From contig NIVC01001588.1 of NCBI GenBank assembly GCA_002269645.1, positions 1 through 64,000 on the forward strand: a DNA stretch of 64,000 nt, written 5' to 3'. The notes beneath the pieces are model-generated. The model had not been told where the DNA came from. It worked only from the letters and a program-made list of their open reading frames with translations, and did not search any database. Source of the DNA: Macrostomum lignano. Its lineage: Eukaryota. Below, piece by piece: positions 25,439-38,670 of the stretch; within the stretch, counting starts at the first letter, position 1; every line of letters starts with the position of its first letter. The translations under genes and the position numbers were made by a program.

Positions 25439-26440
25439 ATGTCAGATCAACAGCAATTGCAATTCGTAGCGTTCGAGTCCAGCATCAGCGTGGCATTCTG
25501 GCACAGATTCTGCAAGATGAAGCTGGAACAGCTGAAGCTGTCCGAGGAGTCCGTGCCAATCCGCGGCCTGTTCAGCATTGGCGACGCCGACCGGCTGCCG
25601 TGCCGGCTGGCCTTCGAGTACAACGCCTTTGACACCGCGGCCGTCGAGGCTGAGCTGTCATCGAGGGCATTCGCGCCGACTGGCCGGCTGTTGAATCTCA
25701 ACAGCTTGGACTCGTTTAAGGTGTGGGTCTCTGGTCAAGGTGTGGGGTTCCTAGTCAAGGTGTGGGGCTTCAGCTCAAAGTGTGGGTCTCTGGTCAAGGT
25801 GTGGGTCCCTAGTCAAGCTGTAGGGTCCCTAGTCAAGCTGTAGGGTCCCTAGTCAAGGTGTGGGGTCCCTAGTCAAGATGTGGAGTCTCAGGTAAGGTGT
25901 GGGGTTTCTCATACATGTAGTCAAGGTGTGCAATCTCTAGTCAAGATGTAAGCGTAACCAAACCCCCCTATCGTATCCCATGGCAACCGGACAGGCCCTG
26001 GACAAGCAAGCCTTTGCTGACCAGCTGGGCACCGAGCTGCTGTCCAGCATCCGGTCCGGCGAGGCGCTTCATCGTCCCGCCCGCCTGCTGGACTTTTCCA
26101 TCCTGTCCTACGTTGACCTGAAGAAGTACCATTTCTACTACTGGCTCTGCATGCCCGTGCTGGCGTTCCCGCCCGAACTTTCGCCTGTGTTGCTTAGCAA
26201 CGCCAGTCTAGCGGAGTCGGCGGCTGTTAGCGGCGGCCAAGACTTGTCCAGATTTGCCGATCGGGTGCTGGAGTTCTTCGCCACGTCCGGCCGCTGTCCG
26301 TACTTTGCTGTCCGCGGCCTGGACCAGGCTGGATGGGTCAGTGGTGTCTGCGCTTTGGCCTGCCTGTTTTAGCTAGTCTGTCTGTCTGCCTATCTGCCCG
26401 TCTGTCTGTCTGTCTGTCTGTCTGTGTGTCTGTCTGCCTA

Positions 26441-26487
<47 letters not shown>

Positions 26488-26504
26488 GCCTATCTGTCTG
26501 CCTA

Positions 26505-26536
<32 letters not shown>

Positions 26537-26537
26537 C

Positions 26538-26581
<44 letters not shown>

Positions 26582-26596
26582 GTCTGTCTGTCTGTG

Positions 26597-26687
<91 letters not shown>

Positions 26688-26688
26688 G

Positions 26689-26721
<33 letters not shown>

Positions 26722-26726
26722 TTCTA

Positions 26727-26792
<66 letters not shown>

Positions 26793-29559
26793 CATTTTTT
26801 GTTCTGTTTTTCTCTTCATATTCCACATTTCTTAATCCCTGACCAGCTTATCCCACTCCACATGTACTGCATTATAAAACTTACCCATGCCTCTATCCCG
26901 ACTTTCTCCTTTTTTAATCTAACCTGCTTTCTTTCTTGTCTTGAATTCCAAATCTGATGCTCTGCAATCTGCATGCATCAAGTATTGATTTTCCTTCCGC
27001 AGTCATCCGACTCCGTTCAGCTGATTTCGCTGGCCGAAGCCAAGCAGCTGGGCCTGCCAGCTCAGCACTGCACCTTTGGCTACGCCGATCCGTCTACTGA
27101 CAGCCGGGCTGCCGGCTGGCCGCTGCGGAATCTGCTGGTGCTGCTGGCGCATCACTGGCCTGGGGAGGAGTGCTCTGTGCTCGCTTACCGGTGAGCTGCA
27201 TGGGCTGTCCACCTGTCTCCTAATCTGTGTCCATGTGTCTCCTAATCTGTGTCCACTTGTCCCCTAATCTATGTGTCCACCTGTCTCCTAATCTGTGTCC
27301 ACCTGTCTCCTAATCTGTGTGTCCACCTGTCTCCCAATCACTTTTATGCTTGCTACCCCCCCCTTTACAGCGACCGTTTCCAATCAGGTCAGCGCACCTG
27401 CTCGCACAGCCGCCTGATGCGAGTCCGCGTCCCTGACGCAGCTTCATCAGCAGGTGCAGCTTTCCGCTGCCTAGGCTGGGAGAAATCCCCATCGCCTGGC
27501 TCCGGCCGGGCCGTGCTGCAGCCCCGGTTCGTGGACCTGTCGGCCAGCCTGAGTCCCGACCGGCTGGCCGAGAGCGCCGTCGATCTCAACCTGCAGCTCA
27601 TGCGCTGGCGCCTTGTACCCGAGCTCAATTTGAGCAGCCTGGCCGCCACCCGCTGCCTCCTCCTGGGCGCCGGCACTCTCGGCTGCAACGTTGCCCGCCT
27701 GCTGATGGGCTGGGGTGTGCGCAACATCACCCTGGTTGACAGCGGCCGGGTGTCCTATTCTAATCCGGTCCGGCAGTCCCTGTTCACCTTTGCCGACTCG
27801 CAGCACCAGCCTGGCGGCAAATTGAAGGCCGAAGCGGCTGCTAAAGCTTTGATTGACATCTTCCCCGGCGTCAATGCGCAGTGGAGGTGCCTTCAGGTAA
27901 GAAGGTTTTTTATTGTACTGACTGAGGATCATCAGTGGGTCCATTGTTGAGACCGGCTGATAGGGACTAGATTAGAATAGAAGTGGGTCAAGTGGCTAAT
28001 CGGTGCCGACCATCTCTAGTTACTGCTCAAATAAACTAGTTACTGGTGGGTCAAGTAGGCTAGTCAGTGAGTCAATTAGGCTAGTCATTTAGTAAATGAG
28101 GCTAGTCAGTGGGTCAAGTAGCCTAGTCAGTGGGTCAAGTAGGCTAGTCATTGAGTCCATTAGGCTAGTCCTTGAGCCTAATCAATCCTTGAGCCTAATT
28201 GAGCCTAGTCAGTGGATCAATTAGGCTAGTCAGTGGGTCAATTAGGCTAGTCATTGAGTCAATTAGGCTAGTCATTGAGTCAATTAGGCTAGTCAATGGG
28301 TCAATTAGGCTAGTCAGTGGGTCAATTAGGCTACTCAGTGGGTCAATTAGGCTAGTCATTGAGTCAATTAGGCTAGTCAGTGGGTCAATTAGGTTAGTCA
28401 TTGAGTCAATTAGGCTACTCAGTGGGTCAATTAGGCTAGTCATTGAGTCAATTAGGCTAGTCAGTGGGTCAATTAGGCTACTCAGTGGGTCAATTAGGCT
28501 AGTCATTGAGTCAATTAGGCTAGTCAGTGGGTCAATTAGGTTAGTCATTGAGTCAATTAGGCTACTCAGTGGGTCAATTAGGCTAGTCATTGAGTCAATT
28601 AGGCTAGTCAGTGGGTCAATTAGGCTACTCAGTGGGTCAATTAGGCTAGTCATTGAGTCAATTAGGCTAGTCATTGAGTCAATTAGGCTAGTCAGTGGGT
28701 CAAGTATGCTAGTCAGTGGGTCAAGTAGGCTACTCAGTGGGTCAAGTAGTGGGTCAAGTAGGCTAATCAATTAATGGGTCAATCAATCTAATTAGTGGGT
28801 CAGGCAGGATCTCACTATCAAATCCCCATTCAATTCTCCCCGCAGATCCCCATGCCGGGCCACGCCATACCGCGCGATCAGGAAGCCTCAGTCGGTCAGG
28901 ACGTCGCCCAGCTGGAGTCGCTCGTGGCCGAGCACGACGTCGTTTTCCTGCTGCTGGACAGTCGGGAGGCCCGCTGGCTGCCAACTCTGCTGGCCGCCTC
29001 CGCTGGCAAGCTGGCGATGAACGCCGCATTGGGCTTCGATTCCTACTTGGTGATGCGGCACGGTCTGGGCCCGGGCTCGCGTCACGGCTGCTATTTCTGC
29101 TCGGACGTCACGGCGCCCGGCAACTCCAGCCAGGATCGAACCCTGGACCAGCAGTGCACGGTGACCCGGCCCGGCCTGGCCATGATAGCCGCCGGCCTGC
29201 TAGTGGAGCTGATGGTCTCCGCATTGCAGCATCCCGCCGGTCCGACAGTCGATCCGGACAATGTCGATGCCGCCGCCGACGACGACCGGCCGCCCATGGG
29301 CCGGGTGCCGCACCAGATGCGCGGCTTCCTGTCCGACGCCAGCCAGATGTCGCCTGTTGGCCACCGGTTCGACCGCTGCTCCGCCTGCTCCGATGCCGTT
29401 TTGTCCGCCTATCGGTCTGGCGGCTACCGCGGCTTCTTGTTGAAGGTATTCAACGATTCCTCTCATCTGGAACTGGTGGCCGGGCTGGCCGAACTGCATG
29501 CCGAGGCTGAGCTGTCCGTTGAGGTGCTGGAGATGGACGCTGATGATGACGACTTTTAG
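25439..29559 (+). CDS. ATG7: Ubiquitin-like modifier-activating enzyme ATG7 (~683 aa); exons 25439-25720, 25995-26336, 27003-27190, 27371-27896, 28846-29559
   Basis: [54 protein letters not shown]-binding [25 protein letters not shown], catalytic [11 protein letters not shown], and zinc-binding CYFC/CSAC. Intron phases are 0, 0, 2, 0. Confidence 0.96.
25721..25950 (+). repeat. ~20-bp degenerate minisatellite, ATG7 intron 1
   Basis: GGTCCCTAGTCAAGGTGTGG-like units starting at the donor site. Confidence 0.8.
26375..26792 (+). repeat. (TGTC)n microsatellite, ATG7 intron 2
   Basis: Tetranucleotide array. Confidence 0.97.
27205..27335 (+). repeat. ~22-bp minisatellite, ATG7 intron 3
   Basis: TGTCCACCTGTCTCCTAATCTG units. 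Confidence 0.85.
28060..28790 (+). repeat. 21-bp minisatellite, ATG7 intron 4
   Basis: GTCAATTAGGCTAGTCA(GTGG/TTGA) units. Confidence 0.94.
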
Positions 29560-29739
29560 TGCCTGTATTTATTCTACTCGTGTGTGACTGTCACTGATAC
29601 TGTTGGCGTCACTAATTAGTAATTCATCTCTTTGATCTGCATAATACTAGCCTTTGTTAGCTAGGATATTGATAATCTTACCCTAATTTATTAAACTGGG
29701 GTCGCGATAATCTCTTCCTTACTAGATAAACTGAGATCC

Positions 29740-30700
29740 CCGATAATCTCACCCATAGTAACTGTGAAATTCCCGATAATCTCACCCATAGTAACTGTGA
29801 AATTCCCGATAATCTCACCCATAGTAAGTAGGATCATAGAAAATCTCAACCATAGTAACCAGGATCCCTGATAATCTCACCCATAGTAAGTAGGATCATA
29901 GATAATCTCAACCATAGTAACCAGGATCCCTGATAATCTCACCCATAGTAAGTAGGATCATAGATAATCTCAACCATAGTAACTGTGAGATTCCCGATAA
30001 TCTCACCCATAGTAAGTAGGATCATAGATAATCTCAACCATAGTAACCAGGATCCCTGATAATCTCACCCATAGTAGGTAGGATCATAGATAATCTCAAC
30101 CATAGTAACCAGGATCCCTGATAATCTCACCCATAGTAAGTAGGATCATAGATAATCTCAACCATAGTAACTGTGAGATTCCCGATAATCTCACCCATAG
30201 TAAGTAGGATCATAGATAATCTCAACCATAGTAACCAGGATCCCTGATAATCTCACCCATAGTAAGTAGGATCATAGATAATCTCAACCATAGTAACTGT
30301 GAGATTCCCGATAATCTCACCCATAGTAAGTAGGATCATAGATAATCTCAACCATAGTAACCAGGATCCCTGATAATCTCACCCATAGTAGGTAGGATCA
30401 TAGATAATCTCAACCATAGTAACCAGGATCCCTGATAATCTCACCCATAGTAAGTAGGATCATAGATAATCTCAACCATAGTAACTGTGAGATTCCCGAT
30501 AATCTCACCCATAGTAAGTAGGATCATAGATAATCTCAACCATAGTAACCAGGATCCCTGATAATCTCACCCATAGTAAGTAGGATCATAGATAATCTCA
30601 ACCATAGTAACCAGGATCCCTGATAATCTCACCGATAGTAAGTAGGATCATAGATAATCTCAACCATAGTAACAAGGATTCCCAATAGTCTCATCCAAAG
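29740..30700 (+). repeat. Dimeric (~32+32-bp) minisatellite downstream of ATG7
   Basis: Alternating GATAATCTCACCCATAGTAAGTAGGATCATA and GATAATCTCAACCATAGTAAC(CAGGATCCCT/TGTGAGATTCCC) units. Confidence 0.93.
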
Positions 30701-31094
30701 TAAACTATAGGATTCTGATAATCTTTTAAATCTTAAAATTTTTCTAAAATATTTTATTGAGTTTAGAAAATAATTTGCATATGTTTAATAATGGATTAGA
30801 GATTAAGGATTATGTCATAGCAATTATATAATGCATAATAGACTGTTTCCATATCTTATTCGTTAATGTAATTTGATAATTCTGTTTAAATTTCTCAGTT
30901 TTTGTAAATATTGTCCTATATAGACAAAGTTTCTATGATTTTTATTAATGATTGGTCCAACCTACAATATAATTTTTCTGTAAAGCGGTTTAAAATTTCA
31001 TCTTAAATTTATTTCCTGATTACTCAATCAGCAGGTAAATCTACAGGTTTGCTAGGACTTCGAATCTTGAATCGAGACTTGCGAAAATGTCCGA

Positions 31095-31700
31095 ATGAAA
31101 ACTCAGGAATTCAGTTAGCAAAACTCAGGACATTCAGTTAGCAAAACTCAGGATATTCAGTTAGCAAAACTCAGGACATTCAGTTAGCAAAACTCAGGAA
31201 TTCAGTTAGCAAAACTCAGGAATTCAGTTAGCAAAGCTCAGGAATTCAGTTAGCAAAACTCAGGAATTCAGTTAGCAAAACTCAGGACATTCAGTTAGCA
31301 AAACTCAGGAATTCAGTTAGCAAAACTCAGGACATTCAGTTAGCAAAACTCAGGAATTCAGTTAGCAAAACTCAGGAATTCAGTTAGCAAAACTCAGGAC
31401 ATTCATTTAGCAAAACTCAGGACATTCAGTTAGCAAAACTCAGGACATTCAGTTAGCAAAACTCAGGACATTCAGTTAGCAAAACTCAGGAATTCAGTTA
31501 GCAAAGCTCAGGACATTCAGTTAGCAAAACTCAGGATATTCAGTTAGCAAAACTCAGGACATTCAGTTAGCAAAACTCAGGACATTCAGTTAGCAAAACT
31601 CAGGAATTCAGTTAGTAAAGCTCAGGACATTCAGTTAGCAAAACTCGGGATATTCAGTTAGCAAAACTCAGGACATTCAGTTAGCAAAGCTCAAGCCTTA
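31095..31700 (+). repeat. 22-23-bp minisatellite upstream of DIS3L2-B
   Basis: AAAACTCAGGA(C)ATTCAGTTAGC units, between a possible donor (gcag|gtaaat, ~31035) and acceptor (tttccag, ~31776). Confidence 0.94.
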
Positions 31701-31826
31701 GAAACTCAGTATAAGTATTGAAAATTTCAAAAAATTTACCATGAATCATTTATCGATTTTTTTCATGCTTTCCAGCCATTCATTGCCAGCGGGACGGCCC
31801 TCTGCCTCTGACCGAGACGCGCAATA

Positions 31827-34800
31827 ATGCTATGGCGCGCGCCGTTATGCTATCGCTATGCGCGCTTTGCTAATTATAACAATAATAACAGTAGCGTTAT
31901 TTACTGCAGCTATTGCTGGCATCGGCGCCGCGGGATGCTCGCTATTCAACGTGCCCCAGCCTCGTCATCTGGCGGCGGCGGCGGCGGCGGCAGCTTCGCC
32001 GGTCGAAGGTCCTCGACTTCGTCGTCAACGCCGACAGCTTTGAACCGGCAGATTTTGCGATCCTGGGCGGACACGCGGCAAGGCGGCGGCGGGGTCGTTG
32101 GCGGAGGCGGCAGCGGTGGCTACTTGCGGGGCCGGCAGCAGAGGCTGTCCTCGGCAAGCGGGGCTGGCGGCTCCAAGCCGCTGCTATCCGTGATCCGCTC
32201 GGCGCTGGGATGGGGCGAGCGGCCGACTGCTCCGGACTCCAAGACTGCGTCGGGCGGCGGAACGGTTGGCAAGGAGGGGCAGCTGGCTGAGTCGGTGAGC
32301 GTTGGTGACATTGTCCCGTAACCAGCGCTGAGACGATTCTTCTCATTCCGCTGACTTCTGAAAGTTCGTACGTGAGACAAAGTAATTCTTTTTATCGATA
32401 AGAATTAAAATCCATGCACGATTTTAGGAGGCCCCAGCGCCCGTCGTCAACCGGTTTGCAAGCGCCGTGTCGCCGGACTTATTAACTGAATCAACCGATT
32501 CCGCCACCGCCGCCGCAGTCGAAGACGTCGAAGAGGCCGACATGCGCCACGCCGAGGAGGTGATCAGTTCCATAGATGCGGAGCATCGACTCATCGAATT
32601 GGCGCCCGAGCCAACCTCCGCCGAGATGCGACTGCGTGAACAGAAACTGGCGCATATTGCCGGCCTCACCGTGCCTGGAATGACCGCTGTGAGTGGCCTG
32701 TAGCAGCCCGTGTCTAGCCTGCTTTGATCTGCACCCACCTCACTCCGCAACCACCTCACTCCGCAACCGCCTCACTCCCTCACCCACCTCACTCCGCATC
32801 CACCTCACTCCGCAACCACCTCACTCCCTCACCCACCTCACTCCGCATCCACCTCACTCCGCAACCGCCTCACTCCCTCACCCACCTCACTCCGCAACCA
32901 CCTCACTCCCTCACCCACCTCACTCCGCATCCACCTCACTCCGCAACCGCCTCACTCCCTGACCCACCTCACTCCGCAACCACCTCACTCCGCAACTACC
33001 TCACTCCCTCACCCACCTCACTCCGCATCCACCTCACTCCGCAACCGCCTCACTCCCTCACCCACCTCACTCCGCAACCACCTCACTGCCTCACCCACCT
33101 CACTCCGCATCCACCTCACTCCGCATCCACCTCACTCCGCAACCGCCTCACTCCCTGACCCACCTCACTCCGCAACCACCTCACTCCGCAACTACCTCAC
33201 TCCCTCACCCACCTCACTCCGCATCCACCTCACTCCGCAACCGCCTCACTCCCTCACCCACCTCACTCCGCAACCACCTCACTCCGAAGGCACTTCACAT
33301 CAGAACCGTCTTCTCACTTCTATTTTCCTATCTTCATCCTACTTACCCAACTCTTCTCATTGATGAGTCAGGTAGAAGAAAACAGGTGAACAACAGCACA
33401 AATTCAATCACCATATTATCTTACCGAAGTACTTCAGACTGAAACGGCAAAAGATTTCGAAGCATTGCAATTATCAAGAGATCGTCAGCTGAGAATGTTA
33501 GACAAACACACCCGCTGTTTTGTAAGAGCATTGTCCGAGTTTTAGTGTCTGGTTTAGTTCAACAAATTGCGTTCTTTGTTACACGTACGAGCATATTTAC
33601 ATGTTACATGTTTTCATTAAAATTGGAGCGAGTTGCCTTGTTTCACACTGGCCCTTCTGTTGCTTATAGCCGAGAACATATGAAAATTGAATTGCAGAAT
33701 TTCAAGGACCACTGGGACGCCAGAATGCTTGGCAAAGGGATGCGAGCTAATCACCTCATGTTATGCTATTTCACCGTCATTAATCCTGGTAGTCTGGCCA
33801 TCTGCAAGTGGCAGGTGAGTGCGCTAGGCTATGATCTCTTCTGTACTTCTTATTGGTTCATACTTTTAACTGTCGCTAGATCAGGATTTCATTCCTGCTG
33901 TCACTAGCTGACTCATCTTAGCTGACTCACCTGCTGTCACTAGCTGACTCATCTTAGCTGACTCACCTGCTGTCACTAGCTGACTCATCTTAGCTGACTC
34001 ATCTGCTGTCACTAGCTGACTCATCTTAGCTGACTCACCTGCTGTTATAGCTGACTCACCTGCTGTCACTAGCTGACTCACCTTAGCTGACTCACCTGCT
34101 GTTATAGCTGACTCACCTGCTGTCACTAGCTGACTCACCTTAGCTGACTCACCTGCTGTTATAGCTGACTCACCTGCTGTCACTAGCTGACTCACCTTAG
34201 CTGACTCACCTGCTGTTATAGCTGACTCACCTGCTGTCACTAGCTGACTCACTGGCTGTCACGCTGACCCACAAATCACCCGCAGGGCAAGATGATCGCC
34301 ATCCGCTCAGGCGAGGCCATGAACCGGGCCCTGGACCGCGACCAAGTGGCGGTCCACCTGCTCCCCATCCGCCAATGGACCCTGGGCCTGAGCGGTCCCA
34401 CAGTCGAGTCGGAATTGAAACGCCGTCCCAACTTTCTCGCTGAGATTGTCCCGGATCCGGTCGATATCGACTCCCCATTTATGAGTCATGAGCAGATTAA
34501 TTTGCTGTGCCAAGCCGGCTTAGTGATGACGGGCGAAGTTGTTCGCATTGTGTCGTCATTCAATAACAAATGCTTCGTTGGCAGCCTGTCCATGCACCGC
34601 AGCGGTCGGGCAGCCCTGTTCAAGCCGCGCGACCGCCGGGTGCCGCTCATGCTGGTGCCGGTGCACCCACTGTTCATGGGCCTGGAGGTTAAACGGCAGC
34701 TGCAGAAAAATGTGGACATGGGCCTGGCCGGAGAGGCTTACACCGTGGCTGTGAAGGTTTGCTAATTGGCTGCATTACCCTTAAATGTCCCTCGTGACCT

Positions 34801-37800
34801 TATTAAACCCTTACTGAGCCCCCTGGACCTCATTAAACCCTTACTGAGCCCCCTGGACATCATTAAACCTTTACTGAGCCCCAGTGACCTTATCGACCAC
34901 TCGCTGAACCACCGTGACTTCATTGATCCCTCACTATTCTTAGCCCGTGACCTTGATCTGTATCTTTAGCTCATGACCTCATTGACCTGTCACTGAGGTC
35001 TTTGACCTCATTGACCCCTCACTAAGGCCCCGTGATCTCATTGACCTCTTACTGAACCCCCATGACTTCATTTACCCCTCACTATTTGTAATCCGTGACC
35101 TTGACCCCTATCTTTAGCCTATTATATCTTTAGCCTATTACCTCATTGACCCCTCACTGTATGTAGTCCGTGACCTCATTGACCTCTCACTGGGGCCCAT
35201 GACCTTGGCCCCTAACCTCGTTGAATCTTTGTGAGGCCCGTGACCTTTTGACCCCTGGGCCCTCTCTTTCATCCACGTAACCCCCGCAGATGGTGGACTG
35301 GCCGAGCCACCTGCTGCGCCCAGTGGCGGAGGTTCTGCCGCTGAACACCGACGTGGCCACCATCGAGGGCGCCACGCAGGCCATCCTGGTGGAGACTGGC
35401 ATCGAGGAGCGGCCGTTCCCCCCGGCAGCGCTGGAGGATGTGGCCAAGACTTTCTACATCACCAAGCAGGACAGGAAAGATCGGGAGGATTTCACCGATC
35501 GGTGCGTTGTATCGATTGACCCGGCCACGGCCAGAGATCTGGACGACGCTTTGCACGTCAAATCCCATGGAAACGGTTGCTATGAGGTAAAAGTTTGCAA
35601 TGATGGTGTTTCCGATCCGATCATAGACTTTTTCGTTTTCCTTAAATCCCATCCTCTGGTTGTCCTAAATCGCAGATCCTCAGGTTTTTCCTAAATTTCA
35701 GCTCCTAAATTATCCCTATCAAATCCCAGTTCCTGTATTTTCCCTAAATACCTGGTGCTCTTGTTTGTTATTTAAATCCCAGATCCATTGATCTTCGCTA
35801 GAATCCCGGATCCCCTAATTTCCCCCTAGAATCCCAGATCCATTGATCTTTGCTAGAATCCCAGATCCCCTAATTTCTCCCCTAAAATCCCAGATCCCCC
35901 AATCTTCCTTAGAATCCCAGATCCCCCAATTTCCCCTAGAATCCCAGATCCCCCAATTTGCCCTAGAATCCCAGATCCCCCAATTTTCCCTAGAATCCCA
36001 GATCCCCCAATTTCCCCTAGAATCCCTGATCCCCCAATTTCCCTTAGAATCCCAGATCCCCTAATTTCCCCCTAAAATCCCAGATCCCCCAATCTTCCTT
36101 AGAATCCCAGATCCCCCAATTTCCCCTAGAATCCCAGGTCCCCCAATTTCCCCTAGAATCCCAGATCCCCCAATTTCCCCTAGAATCCCAGATCCCCCAA
36201 TTTCCCCTAGAATCCCAGATCCCCCAATTTCTCCTAGAATCCCTGATCCTCCAATTTCCTTCAAAATCCCAGGTTTTTTTACTTTAGATAATCTGCTTCC
36301 GATCGGTTTCTATTATTTCTTCTTTGTTAGAAGCTCTGCGAGCAAAGGTCATACCAGGTCAAGCAGCGGGGTGATATTTCCGATTTTTCAAACCCAGGTG
36401 GGCGTCCACATCGCCGACGTGTCGCACTTTGTGCCGTCAGAGTCGGCGCTCGACCGAGAGGCCCGTCGCCGGTCCACCTCAGTCTACCTGGTTCAGCGGG
36501 TAATCCCGATGCTGCCAGAGGCGTTGAGCAACGGCTACTGCTCGCTGCATCCCGGCGAAGAGAAGCTGGCCTTCTCCGTCATCTTTCAGATTGGCCTCAA
36601 AGGCGACGTGCAGAGTTACCGGTGAGAGTTCAATTTCGACAGCTCAGCTCAATATGGCGCCTTTCAGCTGCGTGCTAACCGCGGCCGACTTAGCTTAACT
36701 TAATAGAGTTGCTTAGTTGCTAGTCCTGCAAGTTAAGCAGAGTTGAGTGCGGTTAGTACGCAACTAAATAGGGATAGACCGTTCCTATCGTCAACTCTCG
36801 AGGCAATCTACCTGGAACATTAGGATTATTGTTTAGGCATTATTTAGGGAGCAGAACCCTTGGTTTGATTCTGTGCGCGGCTTGGGGCTTGTGTGCACGA
36901 AAATTGGTCCACCCATGAGGCCCAACCCCCACGGGCACGGAGAGTGTACATGTCTGACGATTAGAAAGTCAGGACCGCTGTGTACACCCTGGGTGAGCGT
37001 GTGTAGAGTGCGTGTCTGCTTACAGTATTGCCACGCTTGTATGTGCCTAACTTCACTTCTAAATCCAATTTCAAATACCGCAGCTTCGCAAAGTCCATCA
37101 TCAAGTCCTGCTGCCGTCTATCGTACGAGGAGGCCGAGCAGATGCTCAACTCGGACGAGTTCCTCCCATCGGAGGTGTCCAGCCCTTTCTCCGGTCGGCA
37201 GGTGCGCACAACTCTGCGCCAGCTGCATCAGTTGGCTAAAAAGTTTCGCAAGGAGCGCCTATCGAAGGCCGCCCTCGGCTTCAGTGTGGCCAACAAGTTG
37301 CAGTTCACCTGCCCGGACGGTGTCAACGGCGTGCCCCAGCTGATGAAGGAAGAAGATGCTGAATGGTCGCACCAGCTAGTCGAAGAGTGGATGCTCAAAG
37401 CCAACGTTGCCGCGGCAGAGACGCTGGTCAAGGAGGCCCCGGACGTGGCCCTGCTCCGTCGGCACCCTCCGCCTAGAGATCCGCGCGGCCTGGCGGAGAC
37501 TCTGGTGTCGCTGGCCCGGGTGGTGGTTGAGTCCGCCGAAGATGGGGCTGAGAATTCTGGGAATGGCAGCAAGGCGGCTAGGTCCATTCTGCAAGGTTTG
37601 TGGCTTTTGTTTGTGCTAGATTTATTACCTTGCCGATACCTTGTGACCCACGGTACCCGTTACCCTCAGCGATATCAGAAATACCAGTGACCCCATGGAT
37701 ACCAGTGACCCTATGGATACCAGTGACCCCACCGATACCAGTGACCCCATCAATACAGTGACCCCAATCTTTACCAGTGACCCATCAATACCAGTGACCT

Positions 37801-38634
37801 CATCTATAACAGTACCCCATCTATAACAGTACCCCATCTATAACAGTACCCCATCTATAACAGTACCCCATCTATAACAGTAACCCCATCAATTGCAGTG
37901 ACCCATCAATACCAGTGACCTAGCTATACCAGTGACCCCATCAATACCAGTGACCTAGCTATACCAGTGACCCCATCAATACCAGTGACCCATCAATACA
38001 AGTGACCTAGCTATACCAGTGACCCCATCAATACCAGTGACCCATCAATACCAGTGACCTAGCTATACTAGTGACCTAGCTATACCAGTTACCTAGCTAT
38101 ACCAGTGACCTAGCTATACCAGTGACCTAGCTATACCAGTGACCTAGCTATACCAGTGACCTAGCTATACCAGTGACCCCATGGATACCAGTGGCATATC
38201 AATACCAATGACCCATATGTACCAGTGACCTACCCCCTCAACGTCAGTGACCCTATTGACCTTTGTCCTCCTCCAGTTAATCTTATTTACGCATATAGGA
38301 TACTGTCGCCCCCCCCACCCTCAGCAGCGGCCGGCTCGCCCGGCAACAACAATCTGGCAGCTTCATCAACCGAGATCATGCTGAAGCTGAACGACTTCCT
38401 GGCCGAGCAGTCAGACGACCCGCAATTCCGCAGCTTCGCAGCCACCCTGGCCATCATGCAGATGTCCCTGGCCGAGTACATCTGCACCGGCTACCACCCA
38501 GATCGGGACTCTTGGCGGCATTTCGCTTTGAAGTTCCCAGTGTACACGCATTTCACTTCGCCTATACGTCGATACGCCGACTTGCTGGTTCATCGACAGC
38601 TGGTCGGAGCGCTCAGCCTGTCGTCGCCGACGAC

Positions 38635-38670
<36 letters not shown>

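Noticed and set aside
36945-36990. CTGACGA..GAAA resembling a hammerhead ribozyme core in the SINE relative
   Set aside because: Only 3 nt separate the two core halves (no stem II), no stem III/NUH arrangement was found, and the other copies lack the motif.
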